NCBI GenBank assembly: GCA_038087875.1
Contig: JAXLNO010000051.1
Coordinates: 744,001 to 808,000 of the forward strand
DNA from: Malacoraja senta
Taxonomy: Eukaryota
Length of the DNA stretch: 64,000 nt
Direction: 5' to 3'
Part shown: piece by piece, positions 37,001 to 49,973 of the stretch
Position numbering within the stretch: the first letter of the stretch is position 1
How the letters are laid out: every line of letters begins with the position of its first letter
The notes under the pieces: model-generated
What the model saw: the letters and a program-made list of their open reading frames with translations, nothing else
The model's database searches: none
Told to the model about the DNA's origin: nothing
Program-made: the position numbers and the translations under genes

Positions 37001-39312
37001 CATCCTGATATTACGTCGGTTTTCTCGTGCTGAAATTGTGTTGCTTATTGCATGCTGAATTTTCATCGCTTTTCTCGTGCTAAATATTCATCACTTTTCA
37101 CGTACTGAAATTTAGTCACTTTTCGCGTGCGGAATTTCCGTCGTTTTTTGCGTCCTAAAAGTTTGTCGCTTTTCGCGTGCTGAATATTCGTCACATTACG
37201 CGTGCAGAATTTTTGTTGGTTTTAACGTCCTGAATGTTCCTCTCTTTTCACGTGCTGAATTTTCGTCGCTTTTCGTATGCTGAATTTTCGTCGCATTTTG
37301 TGTGTTGAAATTTTGGTGCTTTTCATCTGCTGAAAATTCGTCGCTTTTCATGTTCTGAAATTTAGTCGCTTTCTGCGTCCTCATGTTTCAGCGCTTTATT
37401 CGTCCTGATGTTTCGTCGCTTTTCACATGCTGAATTTTCGTTGCTTTATGTTTGCTGAAATTTCAGCGCTTTTCGTGTGCTGACATTTCGTCGCTTTTCA
37501 CGTCCTGAATATTCGTCACATTTGGCGTGCTGAATTTTCATCGTATTTCCCGTCTTGAAGGATTGTCGCTTTTCACATCCTGAAGGATCGTCGCTTTGAT
37601 CGTGCTGAATTTTTATTGCTTTTCGCATGCTATATTTTTGTCGCTTTTGACTTCCTGAAATGTCGTCACTTTTGGCGTGCTGAATTTTTGTTGCTTTTCG
37701 CATGCTGAATTTTCGTCGCTTTTCACGTGCTGAATTACCGTCGTTTTTTGCATCCTGAAGGTTCGTAACTTTTCAAGTGCTGAATTTTCATCGCTTTTCA
37801 CAATCTGAATTTTCGTCGCTTTTCGCCTGCTGAAATTTGGTCGCCTTCCATGTCCTGAAATTTCGTTGCCTTTCACGTCCTGAACTTTCGTCGGTTTATT
37901 CGTCCTGATATTACGTCGCTTTTCGCGTGCTGAATTTTTGTCGCTTTTTGCATGCTGAATTTTCGTCGCTTTTGCATGCTTCATTTTCATCGCTTTTCGC
38001 GTCTTGAAGGTGCGTCGCTTTTCGCATGCTGCATTTACATCGCTTTTTTGCAATGAAATTTCGTCGCCTTTCATGTCCTGAAATTTCGTCGCCTTTCACG
38101 TCCTGAAATTTCGTCGCTTTATTCATCCTGATATTACTTCGCTTTTCGCACGCTGAATTTTTGTCGCTTTTTGCATGCTGAATTTTCGTCGCTGTTTGCG
38201 TGCTTCATTTTCATTGCTTTTCGCATCTTGAAGGTTCGTTGCATTTCTCATGCTGAATTTTCGTTGCTTTTCGCATTCTGAAATTCCGTCGCCTTTCATG
38301 TCCTGAAATTTCCTCCCCTTTCACGTCCTGAAATTTCGTCGCTTTTCACGTCCTGAAATTTCGTCGCTTTATTCGTCCTGATATTACATCGCTTTTCGCG
38401 TGCTGAATTTTCGTCACTTTATGTGTGCTGAGTTTTCGTTGATTTTAATGTCCTGAAGGTTCCTCTCTTTTCGCGTGCTGAATTTTCGTCGCTTTTCACA
38501 TGCTGAATTTTCGTCGCGTTTTGTGTGCTGAAATTTCGTCGCTTTTACTGTGCTGATATTTCGTCGCTTTTCACGTCCTGAAATTTCGTCACTTTTAAAG
38601 TGCTGAATTTTCGTTGCTTTTCACGTCCTGGAGGATCGTCGCTTATCATGTCCTGAAGGATCGTTGCTTTTCGCGTGCTAAATTTTTGTCGCCTTATTCG
38701 TCCTGATATTACGTCGTTTTCCGCATGCTGAATTTTTGTCGCTTTTTGCACGCTGAATTTTCGTCGCATTTTGCGTGCTAAATTTTCGTCACTTTTCACG
38801 TTCTGATATTTGGTCACTTTTCGCGTGCAGAATTTCCGTTGCTTTTCACCTCTTGAAGGATTGTCGCTTTATGCGTGCTGAATTTTGGTCACTTTACACG
38901 TGCTGAATTTTCGTTGGTTTTATCCTCCTGAAAGTTCCTGTCTTTTTGCATGCTAAATTTTCATCGCTTTTCGCATCCTGAATTTACGTCGCTTTTCGTG
39001 TGCTGAAATTTCGCCGCTTTTCAAGTTCTGAAATTTCATCGCTTTATGCGTTCTGATCTTTCATCGCTTTATTCGTCCTGCTGTTTCGTCGCTTTTCGCG
39101 TGCTGAAGTTTCGTCACTTTTTGTGTGATGAAATTTCGGCACTCTACGTCTGCTGAAAATTCGTCGCTTTTCATGTTCTGAAATTTCCTCGCTTTATGCG
39201 TTCTGTAATTTCCTCACTTTTCGCATGCTGAATTTTCGTCACTTTTTGTGTGATGACATTTCGGCGCTTTTCCTGTGCTGACATTTCGTCGCTTTTCACG
39301 TCCTGAAGGATC
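16043..39312. repeat. 25-bp tandem satellite array, block 2
   Basis: Same monomer and orientation as block 1. Confidence 0.97.
30000..38000. repeat. 1322-bp higher-order repeat (about 53 monomers), about 6 near-identical units; boundaries approximate
   Basis: Matching landmark ORFs at 31003, 32325, 33647, 34969, 36291 and 37613, each exactly 1322 apart. More diverged related units lie upstream at 28181 and 29458. Confidence 0.92.
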
Positions 39313-40732
39313 ACAGAAACATAGCAACATAGAAAATAGGTGCAGGAGTAGGCCATTCGGCCCTTCGAGCCTGCACCGCAATTCAATATGATCATGGCTG
39401 ATCACCCAACTCTAGTATCCTGTACCTGCCTTCGCTCCATACCCCCTGATCCCTTTAGCCACAAGGGCCACATCTAACTCCCTCCTTAGCATAGCCAATG
39501 AACTGGCCTCAACTACCTTCTGTGGCAGAGAGTTCCAGAGATTCACCACTGGATTTCCCCTTTATCATTAAACTGTGACCCCTTGTCCTGGACTTCCCCA
39601 AAATCGGGAACAATCTTCCTGCATCTAGCCTGTCCAACCCCTTAAGAATGGCGTAAGTTTCCATAAGATCCCCAATCAATCTTCTAAATTCTAGCGAGTA
39701 CAAGCCGAGTCTATCCAGTCTTTCTTCATATGAAAGTCCAGACATCCCAGAAATCAGTCTGGTGAACCTTCTCTGTACTCCCTCTATGGCAAAAATGTCT
39801 TTCCTCAGATTTGGAGACGAAAACTGTACGCAATACACAAGGTGTGGTTGCACCAAGGCCCTGGACAACTGCAGTAGAACCTCCCTGCTCTTATACTCAA
39901 ATCCTTTTGCTATGAATGCTAACATACCATTCGCTTTCTTCACTGCCTGCTGCACCTGCATGCCTTCTTTCAGTGACTGTTGTACCATGACACCCAGGTC
40001 TCATTGCATCTCCCCTTTTCCTAATCGGCTGCCATTTAGATAATAGTCTACTTTCCTGTTTTTGCCCCCAAAGTGGATAACCTCACATTTATCCACATTA
40101 TATTGCATCTGCCATGCATTTCCCCACTCACCCAGCCTATCCAAGTCACTTTGAAGCCTCCTAGCATCCTCCTAACAGCTAACACTGCCCCCCAGCTTCG
40201 TGTCATCCGCAAACTTGGAGATGTTGAATTCAATTCCCTCGTCCAAATCATTAATATATATTGTAAATAGCTGGGGTCCCAGCACTGAGCCTTGCGGCGC
40301 CCCACTAGTCACTGCCTGCCATTCTGAAAAGGACCCGTTTACTCCTACTCTTTGCTTCCTGTTTGCCAGCCAGTTCTCTATCCACATCAATACTGAGCCC
40401 CCAATACCGTGTGCTTTACGTTTGTATACTAATCTCTTATGTGGGACCATGTCTAAAGCCTTCTGAAAGTCCATATTTAACGCATCCACTGGATCTCCCT
40501 TATCCACTCTACTAGTTACATCCTCGAAAAATTCTATAAGGTTCGTCAGACATGATTTACTTTTCGTAATGATTTACCAATCATTTCACCACTTTCCAAA
40601 TGTGCTGCTATCCCATCTTTAATAACTGACTCTAGCAGTTTTCCCACTACCGATGTTAGACTAACTGGTCTGTAATTATGCGTTTTCTCTCTCTCTCCCT
40701 TTTCAAAAAGTGGGGTTACATTAGCTACCCTC

Positions 40733-42632
40733 GTAAATTTAATCAACGAATTTACCCACGTTGATTACATTCTGGAAAACACATCCCTTATCATTAATAG
40801 GTAGAATAAACGCTATAAAAATGATCTTGCTACCACAATTATTACACCTATTTCAATCTATACCATTATATATACCAAAATAAAAATTAAAAAAACTAGA
40901 CTCTAATATTACTAATTTTATTTGGGATTATAGATCACACTGAATTAAAAAAAACACTTATGTAAACCAAAAAAGGTCGAGGGACTTTCACTTCCGAACT
41001 TTTTGTATTACTATTGGGCAGTGCATATTAAGAATATAATTTACTGGTTGGACAGTTCTACCCAACAGACAGAATGGATAAGAATGGAGCAAGAGGATTG
41101 TTTTCCTTGTAATATAGGAGTGATCCTCTTCTTCCCGACAAACCTGAACAACGCAATATATAAGAAGAACCCAATTATACATGATACAATAAGAATTTGG
41201 AAACAAGTAAAATTATCCCTAAAATTAAGAAATCTATCATTGTTAATGCCAATAGTGAATAATCCTTCATTTAAACCATATTTTATTGATAAAAACATAT
41301 AACCAATTGGAAAGAATGGGAATTAAAAGGATCGGTGATATGTATGAAATGGGAAACCTATTATCATTCCAACTATTACAATTAAAATTTAAATTGAAAA
41401 AGAACCAATATTTTAAATATCTTCAGATTTGCGATTTCATGAAGAAATACATACAAAGATATCAAAACATAACTTTTTATCCACTGGAAGAAGCAATGAA
41501 TATTAAGGCTGACACAGAAATTAATATCATATTTATATAATAGTATTTTAATATAGACCTACCATCGACAGAGGTACTTAGAGAAGAGTGGGAACGGGAA
41601 TAAATGATAAAAATTACGAAGGTTACATGGGAAAAGTATTTGATATATATACACAAATGTTCGATTAATGCAAGACATAATTTAATTAAATTAAAAATTT
41701 ACATAGATTATATTATTCAAAAACTAGATTGAATAAATTTTACCCAAATATATCCCCCATTTGTGATAAATGTCTATCCCAAAACGCAAATATAACACAC
41801 TCCTTCGTTTCCTGCATAAAACTATAAATTTTGGAGTGATATATTTGAAATATTTACAAAATTATTCAAGATAAAAAGGGAACCTAATACTGAAATGATT
41901 ATATTTGGAGTAATGGAAGATGGGAATAAATTGAACTCATCTCAAAATTTATTTTTAAATTATGGTTTAATAATGGCAAAGAAACTAATACTTAAATTCT
42001 GGAAAAATACCAACGCTTAAAATGTGGATTTCAAGCATGTTGGACACCGCACATCTTGAGGAAATGCTATTCCTCTTAATAGATAAATCAGACCAATTCT
42101 TAACGAGTTGGTCTCCATTTGTCGTCTTTTTGGAAGCATATGGTGCAACAAAATCGTAGAAGGTAACTGTTCCAAGACTGGGTCAAGATTATAAATAATG
42201 ATCTCCTTAATTTTTTTTTCTCTACTCTTTTTCTTTCTATCTTCTTTTCTTCTTTCACTCTGTCCCTGATTTGTGTATTGGTCTTTATAACTTATTTTTT
42301 TAAATTCTGATTATATGTTTCCTATAAATCTCTGTAAGGTGTCCTTGAGACCTCGGTATAAGGCGCCCATAAATAAAATTCATTATTATTATTATTATTA
42401 TATGTCTCACGTTTTTCTATCTTTTACACACACTATATATCTCACGTTTTTCTCTTTTATTATCTATTCTCTTTCTTTTTCTTCTTCACTATAATAAAAA
42501 AAAGAAGAAGCTGTACATAAAATGTATTATGTCAATATATATTAGGCATTTTGGTGCCATATGATTGTACTTCTAATAAAATTAAAATATTAAAAAATAT
42601 ATATATATTTAAAAAAAAAACAAAAAAAACAA
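40733..42632 (+). mobile_element. L1-clade LINE, 5'-truncated 3' fragment (degenerate ORF2 C-terminus, 3' UTR, A-rich tail)
   Basis: Translates to WKTHPLSLIGRINAIKMILLPQLLHLFQSIP, GLSLPNFLYYYWA and a CDKC-x8-H-x4-C knuckle at about 41762-41815. AATAAA at 42575-42580 followed by an A-rich tail. 15-bp target site duplication ACATTAGCTACCCTC (40718-40732) / ACATTAGCTACACTC (42633-42647). Very AT-rich. Confidence 0.9.
42261..42400 (+). mobile_element. Probable short 3' fragment of an (ATT)n-tailed retroelement (L2-like LINE or derived SINE) in the L1 3' UTR
   Basis: TGTAAGGTGTCCTTGAG...AAGGCGCCCATAAATAAAAT, an imperfect stem-loop, followed by (ATT)6 at 42382-42400. It interrupts the pyrimidine-rich L1 UTR. 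The left boundary is approximate and the family call is from recall. Confidence 0.55.
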
Positions 42633-43391
42633 ACATTAGCTACACTCCAATCCTCAGGAACTACAGAATCTAAGGAGTTTTGAACAATTATCACTAATGC
42701 ATCCACTAATTCTGGGGCTACTTCCTTAAGTACTCTGGGATGCAGCCTATCTGGCCCTGGGGATTTATCGGCCTTTAATCCATTCAATCTACCTAACACC
42801 ACTTCCCGGCTAACCTGGATTTCACTCAGTTACTCCATCTCATTTGACCCGTGGTCCCCTGCTATTTCCGGCAGATTATTTATGTCTTCCTTAGTGAAGA
42901 CAGAAGCAAAGTAGTTATTCAATGGGTCTGCCATGTCCTTGTTCCCCATGATCAACTCACCTGTTTCTGACTGCAAGGGACCTACATTTGTTTTAACTAA
43001 TCTCATTCTCTTCACATATCTATAAAAACTTTTGCAGTCAGTTTTTAAGTTCCCTGCCAATTTTCATTCATAATCTATTTTCCCTTTCCTAATTAAGCCC
43101 TTTGTCCTCCTCTGCTGGACTCTGAATTTCTCCCAGTCCTCTGTTAGGCTGCTTTTTCTGGCTAATTTGTACGCTTCATCTATTGTTTTGATACTATCCC
43201 TGATTTCCCTTGTTATCCACGGATGCACTACCTTCCCTGATTTATTATTTTGCCAAACTGGGATGAACAATTGTTGTAGTTCATCCATGCAGTCTTTAAA
43301 TGCCTTCCATTGCATATCCACCGTCAACACTTTAAGAATCAATTGCCAGTCAATCTTGGCCAATTCATGTTTCATACATGAATTGGCAAAC

Positions 43392-46300
43392 ATCGTCGCT
43401 TTTCGCTTCCTAAAATTTCGTCACTTTTGGCGTGCTGAATTTTCGTCGCTTTTCACGTACTGAAGGATCATCGCTTTCCGCATGCTGAAATTTTGTCGCT
43501 TTTCGCATGGTGAATTTTCGTCGCTTTTAGTATGCTGAAATTTCGTCGCTTTTCACGTCCTGAAATTTCGTCACTTTTCGTCACAGGCAGAACTTTCGTC
43601 GCTTTTCACGTCCTGAAGGATCTTCGCTTTTCGCGTCCTGAAGGATCGTCGCTTTTCGCATGCGGAATTTCCGTCGCTTTTCGCGTCCTGAAGGTTTGTC
43701 GCTTTTCGCATGCTGAATTTTCGTCACTTTACGCGTGCAGAATTTTTGTTGGTTTTAACTTCCTGAAGGTTCCTCTCTTTTCACGTGCTGAATTTTCGTC
43801 GCTTTTCGTATGCTGAATTTTCGTCGTTTTTCTTGTGTTGAAATTTCGCCGCTTTTCACGTTCTGAAATTTCGCTGCTTTTCACGTTCTGAAATTTCATC
43901 GCTTTATGCGTCCTGATGTTTTGTTGCATTCCGCATGCTGAATTTTAGTCGCTTTTTGTGTGCTGAAATTTCATCGCATTTCGTCTGCTGATATTTCGTC
44001 GCTTTTCACGTCCTGAAATTTAGTAACTTTTGGCGTGCTGAATTTTCGTCGCTTTTCATGTCCTGAAGGTTCGTCGCTTTTCACGTCATGAAGGATCGTC
44101 GCTTTTCGCATGCTGAATTTTTGTCGCCTTATTCGTCCTGATATTACATCGCTTTTCGCGTGCTGAATTTTTGTCGCATTTTGCATGCTGAATTTTCGTT
44201 GCTTTTTGCGTGCTTCATTTTCATCGCTTTTTGAGTCTTGAAAGTTCGTCGCTTGTCGCATGCTTAATTTTTGTCGTTTTTTGTGTACTAAATTTTCGTA
44301 GCTTTTAACGTTATGAAATTTATTCACTTTTCATGTTCAGAAATTTCGTCGCTTTTTGCATCCTGAAGATTTGTCGCCTTACGCATGCTGAATTTTTGTC
44401 ACTTTAACCGTGATGAATTTTCGTTGGTTTTAACGTCCTGAAGGTTCCTCTCTTTTTTCGCGTGCTGAATTTTCGTCGCTTTTCGAATGCTGAATTTCCA
44501 TCGCTTTTCATGTGGTGAAATTTCGCCACTTTACACTTTCTGAAAATTCTTCGCTTTAACGTCCTGAAGGTTCTCTTTTTCCGCATGGTGAATTTTAGGC
44601 GCTTTTAGTATGCTGAAATTTCGTCGCTTTTCAAGTCCTGAAATTTCGTCACTTTTCGCGTGATGAATTTTCGTCGCTTTTTGCGTGCATAATTTTCGTC
44701 GCATTTCATGTTCTGAAATTTCGTCACTTTTTGCGTGCTGAATTTTCGTCGCTTTTCGTGTGCTGATATTTCATCGCTTTTCACATTCTGAAATTTCGTC
44801 ACATTTGGCGGGCTGAATTTTTGTCGCTTTTCGTGTGCTAAATTTTCGTCACTTTTCACGTGCTGAATTATCTTTGCTTTTCAAGTGCTAAATTTTCGTC
44901 ACTTTTCACGTACTGAAATTGAGTCACTTTTCGCTTGCGGAATTTCCGTCACTTTTCGCGTCCTGAAGGTTTGTCGCTTTTCGCGTGCTATTTTCATCAC
45001 TTTACACGTGCAGAATTTTCGTTGGTTTTAACGTTCTGAAGGTTCCTCTCATTTCACGTGCTGAATTTTCGTCGCTTTTCGTATGCTGAATTTTTGTCGT
45101 TTTTTGTGTGTTGAAATTTTGACGATTTTCACGTTCTGAAATTTCGCCGCTTTTCAAGTTCTGAAATTTCATCACTTTATGCGTCCTGATGTTTCGTCGT
45201 TTTCCGCATGCTGAATTTTAGTCGCTTTTTGTGTGCTGAAATTTCATCGCTTTTCGTGTGCTGATATTTCGTCGCTTTTCATGTCCTGAAATTTAGTCAC
45301 TTTTGGCGTGCTGAATTTTCGTTGCTTTTCACGTACTGAAGGATTGTCACTTTTAGTCGTCCTGAAGGATCGTTGCTTATCGCGTGCTGAATTTTTGTCT
45401 CCTTATTCGTCCCGATATTACGTCGCTTTTCGCGTGCTGAATGTTTGTCGCTTTTTGCATGCTGAATTTTCGTCGCTTTTCGTGTCTTGAAGGTTCATCG
45501 CATATCGCATGCTCAATTTTCGTCGCTTTTCGCATGCTTAATTATCATCGCTTTTTGCGTGATAAATTATCGTCGCTTTTAACGTTATGAAATTTAGTCA
45601 CTTTTCGCGTGCGGAATTTCCGTCGCTTTTTGCCTCCTGAAGGTTTATCGCTTTACGCGTGCTGAATTTTTGTCACTTTCACAATGGTGAATTTTCGTTG
45701 GTTTTAACGTCCTGAAGGTTCCTCTCCTTTTTCGCGTGCTGAATTTTTGTCGCTTTTCGCATGCTGAATTTCCATCGCTTTTCATGTGCTGAAATTTCGC
45801 CGCTTTACACGTTCTGAAATTTCGTCGCTTTATGCGTCCTGCAATTTCGTCACTTTTCGCATGCTGAAATTCCGTCGTTTTTTGTGTACTGAAATTTCGG
45901 CGCTTTTCATGTGCTGATATTACGTTGCTTTGCACATCTTGAAATTTCGTCGCTGTATTTGTCCTCATATTACGTCGCTTTACGCGTGCTGAATTTTTGT
46001 CACTTTACGCGTGCTGAATTTTCGTTGGTTTTCATGTCCTGAAGGATCGTCGCTTTTCACATGCTGAGAGATCGTCGCTTTTCGCATGGTGAATTTTCGT
46101 CGCTTTTAGTATGCTAAAATTTTGTCGCTTTTCAAGTCCTGAAATTTCATCACTTTTCGCGTGATGAATTTTCGTTGCTTTTCGTGTGCTTAATTTACGT
46201 CGCTTTTCATGTTCTGAAATTTCGTCGCTTTTTGCGTGCTGAATTTTCGTCACTTTTCATGTGCTGATATTTCATCGCTTTTCACGTCCTGAAATTTCGT

Positions 46301-49300
46301 CACTTTAGGCGTGCTGAAATTTTGTCGCTTTTCGCGTGCTCAATTTTCATCACTTTTCACGTGCTGAATTATCTTTGCTTTTCGTGTCCTGAGGGTTCGT
46401 CACGTTTAACGTGCAGAATTTTCGTCGCTTTTCGCATGCTGAATTTTCGTTGTTTTCTGCGTGCTGAAATTTCGTCGCCTTTCATGTCCTGAAATTTCGT
46501 CGCCTTTCACGTCCTCAAATTTCGTCACTTTTCACGTCCTGAAATTTCGTTGCTTTATTCGTCCTGATATTATGTCGCTTTTCGTGTGCTGAATTTTTGT
46601 TGCTTTTTGCATGCTGAATTTTCATCGCTTTTCGCTTGCTAAATTTTCGTCACTTTTCACGTTCTGAAATTAAGTCACTTTTCGCGTGCGGAATTTCCAT
46701 TGCTTTTCGTGTCCTGAAGGTTTGTCACTTTTCGCGTGCTGAAATTTCGTCACTTTACGCGTGCTGAATTTTCGTTGGTTTTCGTATGCAGAATTTTCTT
46801 CGATTTTCTTGTTGAAATTTCGCCGCTTTTCATGTTCTGAAATTCGGCGCTTTTCACGTTCTGAAATTTCGTCGTTTTATGCGTCCTGATGTTTCGTTGT
46901 TTTATGCGTCCTGATTTCGTCGCTTTCCGCATGCTAAATTTTCGTCGCTTTTCGTGTGCTGAAATTTTGGCGCTTTTCGTGTGCTGAAATTTCATCGCTT
47001 TTCATGTTCTGAAATTTCGTCGCTTTATGCGTCCTGTAATTTCGTCGCGTTTCACATGCTGAATTTTAGTCGCTTTTCGCGTGCTGAAATTTCGTAGCTT
47101 TTCGCATGGTGAATTTTCGTCACTTTTATTATGCTGAAATTTCGTCGCTTTTCACATCCTGAAATTTAGTCACTTTTCGCGTGCTGAATTTTCCTCGCTT
47201 TTCACGTGCTTAATTTTTGTCGCTTTTCATGTTCTGAAATTTCGCCATTTTTGCGTGCTGAATTTTCGTCACTTTTCGTGTGCTGATATTTCATCGCTTT
47301 TCACGTCCTGAAATTTCGTCACTTTTGGCGTGCTGAATTTTTTCACTTTTTGCGTACTGAATTTTTGTTGGTATTAACGTCCTGAAGGTTCCTTTCTTTT
47401 CGCCTGCTGAAATTTCGCTGCTTTTCATGTTCTGAAATGTCGTCGCTTTCTGCATCCTGTAATTTCATCACTTTTCGCATGCTGAATTTTCGTCGCTTTT
47501 TGTGTACTGAAATTTCGGAGCATTCCGTGTGCTGATATTTCGTCGCTTTTCACATCCTGAAATTTCATCACTTTTGGTGTGCTGAATTTTTGTCGCTGTT
47601 CAAGTCCTGAAGGATCGTCGCTTTTCGCGTGCTGAAATGTTGTCCTTTTCACATGGTGAATTTTAGTCGCTTTTAGTATGCTGAAATTTCGTCGCTTTTC
47701 ACGTCCTGAAATGTCATCACTTTTCGCGTGCTGAATTTTCGTTGCTTTCCGCGTGCTTAATTTTCGTCACTTTTCATGTTGTTAAATTTCATCGCTTTTC
47801 GTGTGCTGATATTTTGTCGCTTTTCACGTCCTGAAATTTCGTCACTTATGGCGTGCTGAAATTTTTGTCGCTTTTCGCATGCTGAAATTTCGTCCATTTT
47901 CACGTGCTGAATTATTGTCGCTTTTGAAGGTTTGTCACTTTTCACGTGCTGAATTTTCATCGCTTTTCACATGCTGAATTTTCGTCGCTTTACGCGTGTT
48001 GAATTTTTGTCACTTTACGCATGCAGAATTTTCGTTGGTTTTAAAGTCCTGGTTCCTCACTTTTCGCGTGTTGAATATTCGTCGCTTTTCGCAAGCTGAA
48101 ATTTTGTAGCTTTTCTCGTTTCGAAATTTCGTCGCTTTATGCGTCCTGATGTTTCATCGCTTCATGCGTCCTGATGTTTCGTTGCTTTTCTCATGCTGAA
48201 TTTTCGTCGCTTTTTGTGTGCTGAATTTCGGCGCTTTTTGTGTGCTGATATTTCGTCACTTTTCACGTCCGGAAATTTCGTCACTTTTGGCGTGCTGAAT
48301 TTTCGTCAGTTTTCGCGTGGTGAATTTTCGTCCCTTTTCACAGGCTGAAATTTCGGCGCCTTTGATGTCCTGAAATTTCGTTGCCTTTAACGTCCTTAAA
48401 TTTCGTCGCATTATTCATCCTGATATTTCGTCGCTTTATTCGTCCTGATATTACATCGCTTTTCGCGTGCCGAATTTTTGTTGCTTTTTGCATGCTGAAT
48501 TTTCGTCGCTTTTCGTGTGCTAAATTTTCGTCGCTTTTCACGTTCTGAAATTTAGTCATCTTTCGTGTGCGGAATTTTCGTCGCTTTTCACGTCCTGAAG
48601 GTTTGTCGCTTATCGTGTGCTGAATTTTTGACACTTTACGCGTACTGAATTTTTGTTGGTATTAACGTCCTGAAGGTTCCTCTCTTTTCGCCTGCTGAAA
48701 TTTCGCCGCTTTTCAAGTTCAGAAATTTCGTCGCTTTCTGCGTCCTGTAATTTCATCACTTTTCGCATGCTGAATTTTCGTCGCTTTTGTGTACTGAAAT
48801 TTCGGCGCATTTCGTGTGCTGATATTTTGTTGCTTTTCACATCCTGAAATTTCTTCACTTTTGGCGTGCTGAATTTTTGTTGCTTTTCAAGTCCTGAAGG
48901 ATCGTCGCTTTTCGCGTGCTGAAATGTTGTCCTTTTCACATGGTGAATTTCAGTCGCTTTTAGTATGCTGAAATTTCGTCGCTTTTCACATCCTGAAATG
49001 TCATCACTTTTCGCGTGCTGAATTTTCGTCAGTTTTCATGTGGTAATATTTCGTCGCTTTTCACGTCCTGAAATTTCGTCACTTTTGGCGTGCTGAATTT
49101 TCATTGCTTTTCTAGTCCTGAAGGATCGTCGCTTTTCACATGCTGAAATGTCGTCGCTTTTCACATGGTGAATTTTCGTCGCTTTTGGTATGCTGACATT
49201 TTGTCGCGTTTCACGTCCTGAAATGTCATCACTTTTCGCGTGCTGAATTTTCATCACTTTCCGCGTGCTTAATTTTCGTCGTTTTTCATGTTCTTAAATT

Positions 49301-49973
49301 TCGTCACTTTTTGCGTGCTGAATATTCATCGCTTTTCGTGTGCTGATATTTTGTCGCTTTTCACGTCCTGAAATTTCGTCACTTATGGCGTGCTGAAATT
49401 TTTGTCGCTTTTCGCATGCTGAAATTTCGTCCATTTTCACGTGCTGAATTATCGTCGCTTTTGAAGGTTTGTCACTTTTCACGTGCTGAATTTTCATCGC
49501 TTTTCACATGCTGAATTTTCGTCGCTTTACGCGTGTTGAATATTTGTCACTTTACGCGTGCAGAATTTTCGTTGGTTTTAAAGTCCTGGTTCCTCTCTTT
49601 TCGCGTGCTGAATATTCGTCGCTTTTCGCATGCTGAATTTCCGTTGCTTTTCATGTGCTGAATTTTCGTCACTTTTCACGTTCTGAAGTTTCGTCACTTT
49701 TCGCATGCTGAATTTTCGTCGCTTTTCACGTCCTGAAGATTTGACGCTTTTCGCCTGCTGAATTTTCGTACAATTGAGCGTGCTTCATTTTCGTCACTTT
49801 TCGCGTGCTTCATTTTCATCGCTTTTCGCATCCTGAATGTTCATCGCTTTTCACATGCTGAATTTTCATCGCTTTTTGCGTGCTGAATTTTCATGGCTTT
49901 TCACGTACGGAAATTTCATCGCTTTTCGCGTGCTGAATGTTCATCACTTTTTGCGTGCTGAATTTTCATCGCT
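43392..49973. repeat. 25-bp tandem satellite array, block 3
   Basis: Same monomer and orientation. Confidence 0.97.

Larger units (their letters stand above)
39313..43391 (-). mobile_element. CR1 LINE copy 2, 5'-truncated and degenerate, interrupted by a nested L1 fragment
   Basis: Collinear with copy 1 from the 3' tail to about 13701, with stops, frameshifts and internal deletions (e.g. near 39550). CR1 parts are 39313-40732 and 42633-43391. Possible 3-bp target duplication ATC at 39310-39312 / 43392-43394. Confidence 0.95.

Noticed and set aside
40733..42632. AT-rich island as foreign or organellar DNA, or a host gene/processed pseudogene
   Set aside because: Its translation carries L1-clade ORF2 C-terminal motifs and a CCHC knuckle, with a poly(A) signal, tail and TSD.
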